A model generated the notes under the pieces. That model worked only from the letters and a program-made list of their open reading frames with translations. It did no database searches and was not told where the DNA came from. The position numbers and the translations under genes are program-made. A stretch of DNA of 63,536 nucleotides, the filler included, from Folioceros fuciformis (lineage: Eukaryota): assembly GCA_049999805.1 (NCBI GenBank). It is 22 parts of 22 records of this genome, joined end to end, with 100 filler letters (N's around TTAATTAATTAA, not from the genome) between each part and the next. Parts side by side here need not be neighbours in the genome. Positions count along the whole stretch, not along the records: positions 1 to 1,401 come from JBNGIO010006931.1; positions 1,502 to 3,178 come from JBNGIO010006932.1; positions 3,279 to 5,493 come from JBNGIO010006933.1; positions 5,594 to 10,379 come from JBNGIO010006934.1; positions 10,480 to 11,565 come from JBNGIO010006935.1; positions 11,666 to 12,995 come from JBNGIO010006936.1; 16 more parts are not named here. The stretch is one strand, 5' to 3'. Shown in pieces: positions 1-11,699 of the stretch (within the stretch, counting starts at the first letter, position 1; each line of letters begins with the position of its first letter).

Positions 1-120
1 TTGCAAGGATGGAATGTTGACAGGAGATCGAGAGAGAGAGACAGGACATAATGTTGCAAGGATGGAATTTTGAAAGGGGAGCTAGAGAAAGGACAACATG
101 TTGCAAGGATGGAATGTCAC
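1..120. repeat. Three degenerate copies of a ~50-bp unit with core TTGCAAGGATGGAAT
   Basis: Core visible at 1, 54 and 101. Confidence 0.8.
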
Positions 121-342
121 AAGATTCTTGTATTTGGTGAATGGTCAACAGCAGAATGGAACACTTTATGAGGCAGAATCCATCCCATAGTAATGATCGT
201 AATCCATCAATGTAAACTACTAGTTGATGTAGGCATTTTGTTCCTGCGAAAAGAGTACTATAAGGAAAGTTGTTGACATGCTTCGATTTGATAAGTTCAA
301 ATCGATAGCGATATGTATGGAGAGGAGTACCTCCCTTGGAAA

Positions 343-710
343 CGGCAAATAAATCACGGGGACAAGAAAGTGATAGTCAGCCTTGGTACTATCAAGTTGA
401 TGGCAAATAAATTACGGAGACAAGAAAGTGATAGTCAACCTTGGTACTATTGAGTTGAAGCAGGCAACATTTGATGCAAGCGTTGCCCCGGTTCTGCCTT
501 GGTACTACTTAGTTGATGCAGGTAACATTTGACGCAAGCGCTGCCCCGGTTGTGCGACTCTACATTGTTGTTCAAAGGACGGACAAAGAGGAGCAGTGCT
601 GCCCCGTTGTGCAACACTACAATGTTGTTCAAAGGACAGATAAAGAGGAACAGCACTGCCCCGGTTGTGTGACACTACATTATTGTTCAGAGGACGGACA
701 AAGAGGGGCC
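343..710. repeat. Chain of ~58-60-bp tandem repeats (unit A x2, unit B x2, unit C x3)
   Basis: GGCAAATAAAT..GACAAGAAAGTGATAGTCA twice; CCTTGGTACTA..GCAGG.AACATTTGA.GCAAGCG twice; CTGCCCCG..GTTCA.AGGAC.GA.AAAGAGG three times. Confidence 0.85.
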
Positions 711-1401
711 AGTAAGAGTAACGGAAAGCATTTCTTGCATGCTTGTTCACAAACCTAAGTATGTTTTATTTATTTTGATATGAGAATGAAGATAAAGGAT
801 TTACACTCAGTGGACTTGAATGAAAGCGTGGCTCTGATTTGCATTGGATGAGGATTCCAGGTAGTTTGTACGTAATTAACATGCGTGGAGCTGGATGCGG
901 AACGAGTGGGCTGACCATCCGCTGTAACAAAGAGAAACTTGAGACGATGGGGACTATATATGTATGCATGTATGTATGTGAGCGACGAAGACAAAGAAGA
1001 GAGAGAGTGTGTCGTTCGTGGATGGACGGGCTGTAATGTGATGTTTGCGTCGGGCCCAGTTAGCTTCCGTCCCGGGCTCGTGGCTTCTGCCTCCGCCTGC
1101 TCCGGCTGATGCTGGATTCCATACCTGGTTCCCTAGGCTGCTGTGTTGCGTGCGGGAGTTGGTGCGGAGTTGGACTTAGAGTTCGATTTGGTGTGAGTGT
1201 AACACCTTTGTGCTGAGCGGGGGAGAAGGCTTTCGGAAGCAGCACCGCATCTTCCCTGCTTTTGGAGCTCTTCTTCCTCACTGGAGCCCTGTGCAGCATG
1301 CTCCTGCTGATGCTGCCCGGGGCTGAGACTGCTCCCGTCGGCGCTGCCGAGTTTGGACACGCTCTCCAATTGGCTCAATTCCGTGCGAGGCTGGGTTAGC
1401 C

Positions 1402-1501
1402 NNNNNNNNNNNNNNNNNNNNNNNNNNNNNNNNNNNNNNNNNNNNTTAATTAATTAANNNNNNNNNNNNNNNNNNNNNNNNNNNNNNNNNNNNNNNNNNN
1501 N
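1402..1501. other. Artificial contig spacer (44 N + TTAATTAATTAA + 44 N), first of 21. The others start at 3179, 5494, 10380, 11566, 12996, 15617, 17603, 20619, 22115, 23729, 24917, 27993, 30285, 37710, 46697, 48221, 49629, 51293, 56962 and 60516.
   Basis: Identical 100-bp structure each time; the 12-mer gives stops in all six frames; base composition and genes change abruptly across each spacer. Confidence 0.99.
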
Positions 1502-3178
1502 CTGCGTAACCGACCTGCCAGCCTGTTGAAGTCCACAGAAAGCACCTCGAGCTCCAACTCAGGCTGCTCAGAGAAGGCAAGAGGGCCCGGGGGGAGGCTG
1601 CTCAGCAGATTGTGGGACAGGTAAATGTGGGAGAGCCCGGAGGCGAAAAGGGAAGCCGGAAGATGGCCAGTAAGCCTGTTCCAAGACAGGTCCAGAATGC
1701 GAGTGTCCTCGCTGTCGGAGCTCCCTACCCTGCCCAGCCCGGATGGAATGCTGCCGTTAAGCTTGTTGCTGGACAGGTTGATGGTCCGCGAAGTCAGGCG
1801 GACAAAGGAATTCGGAATCGCCCCTGCAATGTCCTCACAAACCACAAGTCAGCATCCTCTTCCCTCCTCCACTACATTCCACTCCAGCCTATTCATCCAT
1901 CACTGCTGTCGAGAAACTCACCGCACAACAAATTACGGTTCAGGTACAGATCCTGCAGCTTGGCCAGTCTCCCGAGCGAGGAAGGAAGTCCCCCGCTCAA
2001 CCGATTGTTCCTCAGAAACAGATGCTTCAAACTCCCCAGGTGACCCAGCGATGCAGGGATGACGCCCGAGAGTAGATTGAAATCCAGCCTGAGATCCTCC
2101 AGTTGGGAGGAATTCCCGAGGGCCGCCGGAATGCTACCTGCCACCGACGTTGCGGAATCACGACCGAATCTCACCTGTTATATTTTATGACACAAGTCCC
2201 TTTTATTCCAGCATCTGGAATCAATCCTTGAAGCCTGCAACTCTATTGCACCCGGACTTGAGTTTACCTCGCAACGATGTGCCTCGAATGTGCAGCACCT
2301 TGAGCCGCGTCAACCGCCAAAGCTCCAGTCCCGGAAGAACGCCTCCCAGCCCCCGCGCCTCCGACTCCAAGATCTCTGAAGCTTCGACAAGCTCGTACCC
2401 CGAGCCCCCGAGCCGGAGCTCCTCCAGGTTCCGCAGCAGGCCGAGGGTGATGGGAATAGCCCCGGTCAGACCTGCATTGCCTTGCAGATGCAAAACCTGA
2501 CAAAAACAACATTCTGATGTGGTCACGTGGAAGCACTAAACAGGGGGAGGAAGGGGGTGAGGAAGAAAATTCCCCCCAAAGGCAGAGCAGGACGAAAAAA
2601 CGGAAGCAAAAACAAAATGCGAACCTTCAGATTGACGATGCTGCCGAGAGAAGAGGGGATAGCGCCCACGAGGCTATTGTGGTCCAGCTTCAGCACTTGG
2701 AGCTTGCGGAAGAGATGGAGGAAGGAAGGGACGGGACCAGACAGGGCGTTCCGGGACGCCACCAAGGCGCGGAGGGATAACCACTGGGCGGCGCAGGGCG
2801 GGACGGGGCCCGAAAGAATGGAGGTGGTCGGAGAGTGGTGGGGTGCGCTCACGTCCAGCACCTCCAGGTGCGAGGCCCTGCAGAGCTGAGATGGAATGCC
2901 ACCCCGGAAGGCGTTCCCGCTGAGGTTGAGGTAGCTGAGGCCACTAAGCCCGCCCCAGGTCCGCGGGATGGGGCCCCCCAGATTCAGACCAGGTAGAGAC
3001 AGAATTCGCAGCTGCGGGCGGGGCCCGGGCCGTGAGAAGAAGCCCGATGTCGGGAACACGTCCAGGCCAAGGTCAATGTTGGAGAGCCGCAGCGACGACA
3101 GCGCAGTCAGATTGCCCAGCGTGCGCCCCAGCAGGTCCGGCTCCCGCACGCCCTCCAGAACGTGGAGAAAATTGTGCG
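1502..3178 (-). CDS. Extracellular LRR receptor-like protein/kinase, internal fragment. Exons 3178-2625, 2496-2268, 2174-1922, 1823-1502; truncated at both ends.
   Basis: Repeated plant-type LRR consensus LxxLxLxxNxLxGxIP (LSYLNLSGNAFRGGIP, LQVLKLDHNSLVGAIP, LEDLRLDFNLLSGVIP); GT-AG introns of 128, 93 and 98 bp. Confidence 0.9.
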
Positions 3179-3450
3179 NNNNNNNNNNNNNNNNNNNNNN
3201 NNNNNNNNNNNNNNNNNNNNNNTTAATTAATTAANNNNNNNNNNNNNNNNNNNNNNNNNNNNNNNNNNNNNNNNNNNNGAAGAATAAGGAGCACACCACA
3301 ATGAGTGATGCTCCAAATGTCAGCCGGTGCCCTCTCCTTGCAACTCAACTCATCTACAAATAAAGGTTGGGTATACAAATTTTTATTAAACGCATTTGAG
3401 AATGTATTTCAGTATACAATTTTAATAAACTCAAATGCGTTTAATAAAAA

Positions 3451-5493
3451 GAAGACTGGGATGTGGAGTTGGTTATGGCGGTGTATGGGCGCAGCCAGGA
3501 AGAGGATGGCGAACTCGTGATCGAGTCTCTGCGGAAGCGTAGCGCAGTGGCTGCGGCAACAGCTTTGTTTAAGTCAGGAATAGGAAGGGAGGCCAATGGC
3601 TGGCTGGCATGGGAGATGGCGTCCGCTCAGCTCGTGGGTGTAGCCAAATGGCTCTTGTGTTTTTTGCAGCATAGGAAGCAAGAGTATTTGTCGGATCACA
3701 TGTTGCTGTTTCTGCATGAGGTCGTTAAGGGAAGCAGAATTGACTGGGGAAAAATCATTTTCAACCGGCTGAATGAAGAGAAGCAAAGCCTGACCTCTCT
3801 CACCCTCTGCCCGTCTTTGATTTCACCCTTTTTAGTTCACTTGTATTCTCATGCTAACAATCTGCCAGAGCTGGATATTATGGCTTCTTTGCATATGTGG
3901 AAGCCTGTTAGAGAGATCAAGTGGAAGCCAGCGGAGCCCAAGGAGAAGGCAAAGTCCAGTAGTTGGGAATCCGGGGCGACGGGAAGCTCTGAAGAAGAAG
4001 TTCCGGCTAACAGAAAATGGAAAGCAGGAGCCGAGAGGAAGACTCCCGCAAAGAGGAAGAATGTGAGCATGCACGTCACCAGGTCCATAGTGAATTTGGC
4101 GCTTCAGGAGTCTGCTAGGAAAACAGGAGCCAAGCAGTCAACCACTTCCTCAGCCGAAACCTAATGAGCCAATGCTAGCCGTGGAGAAAAAACCTGCTGA
4201 GGTGGCGAGGAAATTAGGGCTGACTCCAGTGGTAGAACTCTTCCAAGGATGGGAAGAGATCTTTAAGGGCACCCCCTTGGTGGCGAATCTACAAGCAGAA
4301 GAATTGGTGAGGGTGCGCACCCTATTGGGAAGGGGGATTCTGGATAGAGGAATGGCTACGAGAGGCGCCCTTCAACAGGTGGATTTGCTAGGCCTGAAAG
4401 CAGAAATGGTTTGTGTACAAGCGGATATGCTGGATCAGGCCGCACTGGCACTCACGTGGCTGAGTATGCAGGAACAACAAGAAGAAGAGGTGCACGCCAA
4501 GCTGTCTGAAGTGGAAGCAAGGCGGGAACAACTGGAGGAAGCCCGATAGGCTCTGAGTGCAATGAAGGTGCAGGCACATGAGGAAGTACGTCGGGCTCGG
4601 GAAGAAGTACAGGCGATGAAAGATCAATAAGAACAGCTCCTAACTCAAGTCAAGGAAGTCCACGAAGCGAATCAAGAAATGCAACAAGAACTGCTGAGGG
4701 CACAGAAGCACGAAACAAATGCAGTGGAGAAGGTCCAGAAGCTCGCGGACCATTATCAACGGGAACAAGATGAGGCCCAGAGCCAAGTCAAGGGGAAAGG
4801 GAAGGTCAAACGGAGCATCAGGTACACGACTAAGGTAGCGGAAGCCACTACTGGTCAGAGAGAAACCACGCCAGTAGAGGAAAGCCCCACCGAGGTTGAG
4901 GAAGTAGCAATAGTCGCGGAACCCGCAACTGGGGTGGTTGGAATGACCACCCACATCAAGAGGACTGGATTGGGGACAAGGGCAGCCAGAGGGATAGAGG
5001 ACTCCCGACCACCCTTAGAGAACAGAAGACAGACAAACAGGGGTAGCCCACAGGAGAAGGGGGTAAGCATCTTATATGCAGCAGGAGGCCATATTGTATT
5101 ACAGTACCTGGATGAGGAATCTTATATTCCTGGCCTTTATGTGAATGGGGACCGTGTACTTAACCTTACTGTCCATGTGCTTGTGGAAATAGGAGGGACC
5201 AGGGCCTACTGCCTGCAATTAAGGACCGGTAGGGGATGCTTCTCCCATTGCTTTCGGGTATGGGGGCTGACTCCCTGTTACTCGAAGCTGGTCTTAGAGG
5301 AGCTCACCAAAGAGGAAGCACGGGCCTGGGTGGAGCAAGAACCTATAATGGTCCTCAGCAACAGACGGTCGGAAGGAGGAGGGAGAACTACCCAGCGGAC
5401 CCCACCCATGCCTAAACAAGAAAAGTCAGGCAGCAGTGAGAGTGAAGTGGAGGTTTTATGGGAGGATCTACCTGACCAGCAAAGGGGGAGGAG
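3451..5493 (+). pseudogene. Decayed long ORF with a coiled-coil region, probably a transposon-associated accessory ORF
   Basis: ORFs 4172-4549 and 4679-5493 share a frame, separated only by TAG (4547) and TAA (4628). ORF 3463-4164 joins them through a frameshift. No introns seen. The transposon link is inferred from the RIDWGKIIFNRL-type motif. Confidence 0.5.
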
Positions 5494-7426
5494 NNNNNNN
5501 NNNNNNNNNNNNNNNNNNNNNNNNNNNNNNNNNNNNNTTAATTAATTAANNNNNNNNNNNNNNNNNNNNNNNNNNNNNNNNNNNNNNNNNNNNGCCCACG
5601 GCACCCCACCCCACCTGCCTCCCGCAATCCAGCTCCAGCGGGCCCCAGATTAGCAGCAGAAAGGAAAAAACTGAGAACCCCAGCACCGCCGCAGTGGGCA
5701 CCCGCACCCCAATCCCCCATGGCGGGTGCAGGAGCCCCCTCGCTACCCACCTGCTGCCCTCCAATCCTGCCTGCTTCCGAAACACCGAGGCAGCCGGTGG
5801 CATCACACCGTCCGCTCACCCAGTCCCTCACTGCTCGTTCTCCTCAAACGCACAATTCGCCCACGCTCCAGATCTCCACATCAGGCCGTCCACTCCCACT
5901 CCTTCTCCCCGCCCACACGATACCCACCTCACTTCAGGCCCGCTTCAAATAATTAGCGAACCTTCAGTCGGGCCGGAGTTCCCGCCTTGACCTCCTCCGA
6001 CGAAGATGAACAGGATCGGGTGCCAGCCGGAGCCCGGGGCATGCAACTCCTGACAGGATTTCGAAGGGCGAGCACTTTTCGTTTATTAGAGGGGGGTGGA
6101 ATGTGCAACAACAGAGGTGGCCGACTGGCCGTGTCCTTCCCTCCATTTTGGCTGGTGCAGCTACAAGACAGTAAATTTCAGGACAGCCCGATGCTGGCTG
6201 CTGCCTGGCAGCCTGCTTGCCCCCTCTGTCCTGTCTGCTCCACTTGTCCGAGCCTCGGGCTTCCCCATCACTCCCCCCGCCCTTGACGTTGTCGCCCTCA
6301 GACCAGCATTTAATGAGCTACATGTGGGGAGTGTCGTCCACCAATAGCTTGCTTGACTATGTCAGGTGATGTAGGAAAGGGAAGCACTTGCCATCGTCAT
6401 TTGCCGCAATGTATGTACACATATTGCTGGGATTCTTTACATGTACATGTTCAGCGCGCCAATTGTCAGGATGGCAGAGGCTGCAAGGCGGGCCCAGGAC
6501 CCGTCTCTGACCGTTTCCCCTCACCACCGTCGGTCCAATCACATTTTGAACAAAATGCAAAAAATAAATTGTCGGCAGATTCCAGCAGCGCCGCCAAGAG
6601 CGGGACCGTCGGCCAGATTTGAGAAGTGGGGGCTGGATATTAAGGTTGATCTAAGCGTTTGGATGGTGGCATTTTTTTCTCATTGTTCCAACGCCTTTCC
6701 TGTTAGGAATAATAATGATTAGAAAAAGTGCTACAAGAAAACACAAATTGCCTCCGGAAGTGGTCAAAGTCTCCAGCACGGTTCGCGAAGCTGAGAGATT
6801 CATTGCGTGATCACACAAAGCCATGACATCAGGAAAGTGAGCGATGGTGACGCAAGCCCACGAGGCTTAAAGTGAGGACGAAGATGGCCATCTTTTCACG
6901 ACCCGGAGAATTCGTCTGTCTTTGTCGACACTCGAAAGCCCCTTTGCAATTGAACATGAGATCAAGCTGAGAAGTGATGATGGAGTTGGTCTTCAGGTTG
7001 GGAAATTGTGGCCGAGAGGAGCCCTGAATGCTCGGATGTGCTGCAAGTTGTGCCATGTCGTTATGTTCAGGTCTTTGCCGCTTGCCTTGTTTGGTTGGAC
7101 TGAAAAGTGGGGACTGCAGAGAGTGCTCAATTTCTTTTCTGGAGACTCGAATGTTGAAAGGAACCAAACTAGAGGAAGGAAGTTGAGGAACTGCCTGCCG
7201 CACTCACCAGCAGATCTGAGCGATGTTCTTGAGCACTCCGAAGTTTCAAAGTGCATCTGGACACCAAATTATGTCAGTGTGCTATTGCCGATACTTTTCG
7301 GTCTGCTTTATTTCTTGAGGTAGAGAAGGTCTTGAGGTAGAGAAGGCTTTGAAGCCTGGGTTCTCAGACTTGTGACATCTTTAAGATACGACGATGTATC
7401 TCACGAAATGGAACCCTCTACAACCC

Positions 7427-9172
7427 CTACATGACGTATTTCACTTGCTGTTCCTGAAGTGGAGCAGGACGGAGCTGTCGAAGTTGTCTCTAGCGACCAT
7501 GTCCTGGCAGGATAAGCGCTGACCTGACCCGGCGTTATCTGATCTCTCTGATCTGATCAACATCCACATTGAATGCCGCAGCTGCCACCTCTTCGGGGAG
7601 ACTACGGTAGACGGATGTCCTGCCTGTAAGAGCCTCAACGAAAAGCCTGAAGGAGCAAACATTTAACTGTTGGTCAGCTGCTGGCAAGTGGTTAGGATAT
7701 GATCGATGCATTGCTAAGATATGACTCTCCGAAACGTGAATTGGTTGGGTGGAAGTGGAGTTTACTGGTCTGTGGTGTGGAATGCAATCCATTCCAAGCC
7801 TTCATCTCCAGCCTGGACGCCGTGAGGGTAGAAGCGTGGGACCACGTACGCATCACCTTCCTAGATTTCCTGGCTCTCAAGTTGCTCGCCATTGTTGCCA
7901 GCGATTTCCAGTCGTGCGGAACCTCTCAGGATTTGCACAATGGCATGGCCGTTGAGTGCCCATTGAGGAGCCAGAATTGCTTTCTGATGACATAGGTGAA
8001 CATCTTATCAGACACCCTGCACAGAGCAGTGAAAATATTGCGGACGGTAACGGCTTCAAGGAATTGAAAGGAGTCTGAACATACTGCTTCAAGACGACCG
8101 TATGAAGGCCCCAGGTTGACGTTCTTGAGAATTGGGAGCTTAAATCGGTTGGCACTGTTGTAGAGACCAGCATTGCGAACTCGGACATCAGCTGATCCTT
8201 CCCGAATGTTGTAGACAAATTCACCGTTGGCGATGTGTTCGCGCAAGTGGGTCTGGCTTGCCCGGTGCCCGCCCTGCACTGCGTTGCCGCGGGTCTCCTC
8301 GATTCTCACATAACGCTCAGCCTGAACAATGCCCACGCCCCTTTGGCTGTCCAGGATGTCTTCCACCTGCTTGTCATTCACGTCCCACGCGTCCGCCACG
8401 AACTCCCTCCTGAACCCATGCAGAATTCCGCGGAATTCCTCCTGCCTCGCATGGTGCTGCTCATGATTGCTCTCGCGCTGGCCTCCACCGATCAAGAAGA
8501 AGCTCTGCACCCGCGAAGCCAAGGCTGGGCCGATTCAGCTCTAACAAACTCGCACACAATCGAATGCAGCTCAGGCTCAAACAATTAGCATCCATAGCAT
8601 GCAGCGCAGATCCTCAAACTCAGTACCCTGGGCTCTCCAGCCTCATCTCCCGCTGATGTCTCAGCGAGCCCAAGGATTCGGAGCTCGCTGCTCCCGGAAT
8701 TGTACCACCAAGAGGCAACACCCCGAGGAAAGGCCACAATGTGACCACGTCGCACACGTCTCACACCAAACGACTCTCCCAAGGAATAGCCGGTGAGAAT
8801 CCCAGCATACCCCTCACCTATATCACCAAATCCACCGTCAGCAAGGCCGGAAACAAGGCCGAGACACGTACTTGAGCCAGGAAGAAATGGAGTCATACGT
8901 CTGTATCCACCACTCACCCTCCTCAACGTAGCCAATGCAGGCGGTGGAGTCGGAGTACTTCGGCAGCACAAGGCCGCGCTCCCTGACGGTAATCCTAGCA
9001 GCGGCCACATTAGCGTCTCTCAGAGACCGGATGTTGGACCAAGCCTCGATTTTGCCTCCGTCAGTCCGCAGAATTCCCGAGGCTCCTCCAGCTGCAGCTC
9101 GGCTCTCAGTCCCACAGCGGCGCAGGCGAAGGACAAGGTCAAAGCCAGGGCAAGCGCCCATTTCAGCCCCAT
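7427..9172 (-). pseudogene. 11S globulin/legumin-like bicupin storage-protein gene, disrupted. Exons 9172-8918, 8817-8627, 8504-8085, 7983-7766, 7646-~7427.
   Basis: Signal peptide MGLKWALALALTLSFACAAVG; cupin motifs GLVLPKYSD, GHIVAFPRGVASWWYNSG, NSANRFKLPILK, AILAPQWALNGH, YVVPRFYP, LTGRTSVYRSLPEEV. Lesions: 1-nt frameshift near 9074, in-frame TAG at 7861-7863, further stops at 7535 and 7490. Confidence 0.88.
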
Positions 9173-9482
9173 GGCGCACGAGTTTATCAACAATACGTCA
9201 AATGACGCTGCACGTTCTTTGCAAGCTGTCGTCACAGACTGAGCTACTGAGATGCTGGATGGGTGCTCTCCCAACCCGCTCCTTTAAGTAAAGGGAGACT
9301 GGCACAAAGGGTATGGCAGACAAGCGGCCAACTGCAAGTTCAACATCGCATTGGCACTTGGGGCGTTACAGGATTCGCTCCATCTCAGTCCCACACTCGA
9401 TCTAGGTGTCTCGGTGCCACACTTTCTTCCCAGTTCAGTTCCACTGGTTCGGAAAACGCTGAACCAGCAACCAGCGCATCCT

Positions 9483-9541
9483 CATGCAAACTCTCGTTCA
9501 GCTTTCCACAAGCAGGCAACTGCATGGGCTGGCACCATGCA
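9483..9541. promoter_or_regulatory. Cluster of three RY motifs (CATGCA/TGCATG) upstream of the globulin gene
   Basis: CATGCA at 9483-9488, TGCATG at 9521-9526, CATGCA at 9536-9541; 310-370 bp upstream of the ATG at 9172. Confidence 0.5.
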
Positions 9542-9932
9542 CCTGCAAACAAATCCAACAAACACCATGTCCATGTGTGCTGTGAGACACGGGGAAGCTC
9601 TGGTAGCCAGGATTGCGAGCGAGGTCACGACCGGATCAGCGGACGGTTGAAGAAAAGACAAAACTGGGGACAGTTAGGCCGTTGCCTGTCACCAGTCAGC
9701 TGACCTGTGACAATTGAACGGCCCTTAGCATGTAGACGAAGTGACCTTACTTTAGATGGAAGCCAAGGATAGCCCCAGCGCCTCGTGGGTTCACGTCGCA
9801 CAGCAGAGAAAAGGCCGCACGAAGATAGGCCGTCCCTCCACGAACCCAGCGCCTCCACAACAGGTTCACGACCGAGTGCAACTACAGGAATGCAATGCCT
9901 CTCCAGCAAGCGGTTGAAGTGGAATTGCAGGT

Positions 9933-10379
9933 ATGGCGGCTGGAAGGTGCTCGCCATGCGCTTTCTTGTGCTGCGTGGCTTTGATCCTGGCCTGCTTTCC
10001 TGCCGACCATGTCCACGCAGCAGGTCGAGAGCCGACCACGTACGTGGTAGGCGATGAGGGGACCTGGTGGACATCCCCGGCCGCCAGCAATCTCCCTGCG
10101 ACCTATTATCAGGACTGGGCGGACAAGCAGACTCTCTACGTCAACGACAGCCTCTGTAAGCTGGCTTGGAGCACCTCGTTGAAATCTGGTTCCGGACGGA
10201 TGATTTTATCCCCCATCCAGTAACGGGCCCTACATAAACTCGTTTGCGCAGATTTCTCCTACAACAGCAGCCTGTACGATGTCACTTTTGTGTATACAGA
10301 GAAGGAGCTTTCCGCCTGCGATCCCTCCAATTTCTCCGCCTACGATGGGACCGGGCAGAGCTACTTCACATTCTATGAC
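9933..10379 (+). CDS. Phytocyanin / early-nodulin-like protein, 5' part. Exons 9933-10155 and 10252->10379.
   Basis: Signal peptide, then TYVVGDEGTWW, YQDWADKQTLYVNDSL|YFSYN..DV..ACD (plastocyanin-like domain with the usual phase-1 intron). Confidence 0.88.
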
Positions 10380-10479
10380 NNNNNNNNNNNNNNNNNNNNN
10401 NNNNNNNNNNNNNNNNNNNNNNNTTAATTAATTAANNNNNNNNNNNNNNNNNNNNNNNNNNNNNNNNNNNNNNNNNNNN

Positions 10480-11565
10480 GTATCATTCAAGTGCATCTTC
10501 CACTTGAGCACGACCTAAAATAGGTTTTTCTTGATAATATTCTTCAGAAGAATTTTTCAACATCGACAACTTCATTTGCGGGTGGAGGTTGAACTGAAGC
10601 CCATGTATCATTTGCATCCATACTAGAAAAGATAGCACGTGCATTTGTCACCTCATAATCAACAAATTCTTGTGCAGACATAATAGGGGTCAATCAATGT
10701 TTCATGTCCCAAATCCCTCAGGTGACAAAGAAGCATATCTATTTCTGCATAATACTTATTGAACAAATCTTCACGTGTTGCTTGGTTGTCTTGTTATTGC
10801 TTATCATCACTGTTAGCATTCCATGTCTCAAAACTAAGTTGATTCAAGTCTATATCCGACACGGTAGCACTTGCTCTCTTCTGCCATAATCCAGAGTGTT
10901 TCCAACAATATCTAGTGATTTTCCCTTTAACATTGATACGCCAAGCTTTTTGCAACATAGTCACAGCATGATATGCATCAATAAGAGGAGAATTACCATT
11001 TTGAATCTCTTGGATTTGATGCTGAACAACCCTTTTCTTGTAATTGGCCTTAAAAGGGTTGGTAATGAGTCGTAACATTAGAAGGAAAAAATTCAACCCT
11101 TGTAATTTGAAGCCTACTTTGTGTCTCAACTAAAAGTTTATGAAGAGGAGTATTATCCAAAAGAAGCAAGACATTATCACGGCCCCTAACTCTCATGTTC
11201 GCATAAAAAAAAGAGAATAAATTGCTCAAATAAAGGCACCGACATCCAAGCATTTGAGTTTGCTAACCAATGAGTACCAAAATTCTCCACTCGTCCAATG
11301 TTACGACTAGTAAAAGCTCTGGGTCTCAAGAATTTGTTGATCACAAATGGTGGTAATTTATAACTACCATCCATATTGGTTGTCAAAGCAATAGTTAGCC
11401 TTTCCTTTAAAGTTTTCTTCCCATTCAACCTCTTCGTTGCTAATATTTTGTTTGGTTCCAATCTGTAAAACAACCCTATTTCATCCATATTAAAAATATC
11501 ATGAGGCTCGTATCCTCACATGATACTTTTAATGTCTTCCATTTTATCTTGGACCACTTGTGATG
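10480..11565 (-). mobile_element. Degenerate pogo/Tigger (CENP-B-like) DDE transposase
   Basis: DIFNMDEIGLFYRLEP, KERLTIAL..NMDGSYKLPP, NSNAWM, VLLLLDN, FFPSNVT..QP spread over several frames (frameshifted). Confidence 0.9.
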
Positions 11566-11699
11566 NNNNNNNNNNNNNNNNNNNNNNNNNNNNNNNNNNN
11601 NNNNNNNNNTTAATTAATTAANNNNNNNNNNNNNNNNNNNNNNNNNNNNNNNNNNNNNNNNNNNNCGCCTCTTCCCCCTCGTTTACGTCCACGTCCACC

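Noticed and set aside
996..1015. AGAAGAGAGAGAGT, resembling the start of miR529
   Set aside because: Low-complexity GA tract; the 3' part does not match and no complementary arm is visible.
1446..1457. Recurrent TTAATTAATTAA motif and ORFs ending in XXX-LIN
   Set aside because: Artificial joining spacer; ORFs and gene neighbourhoods across it are artefacts.
2646..2666. Partial miR390-complementary sequence (GGCGCTATCCC) in the LRR gene
   Set aside because: It matches only the 3' half of the miRNA and is explained by the G-A-I-P codons of the LRR.
7490..7863. U-to-C RNA editing as a rescue for the globulin stop codons
   Set aside because: U-to-C editing in hornworts and ferns is known from organellar transcripts. 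This gene has spliceosomal introns and also a frameshift that editing would not repair.
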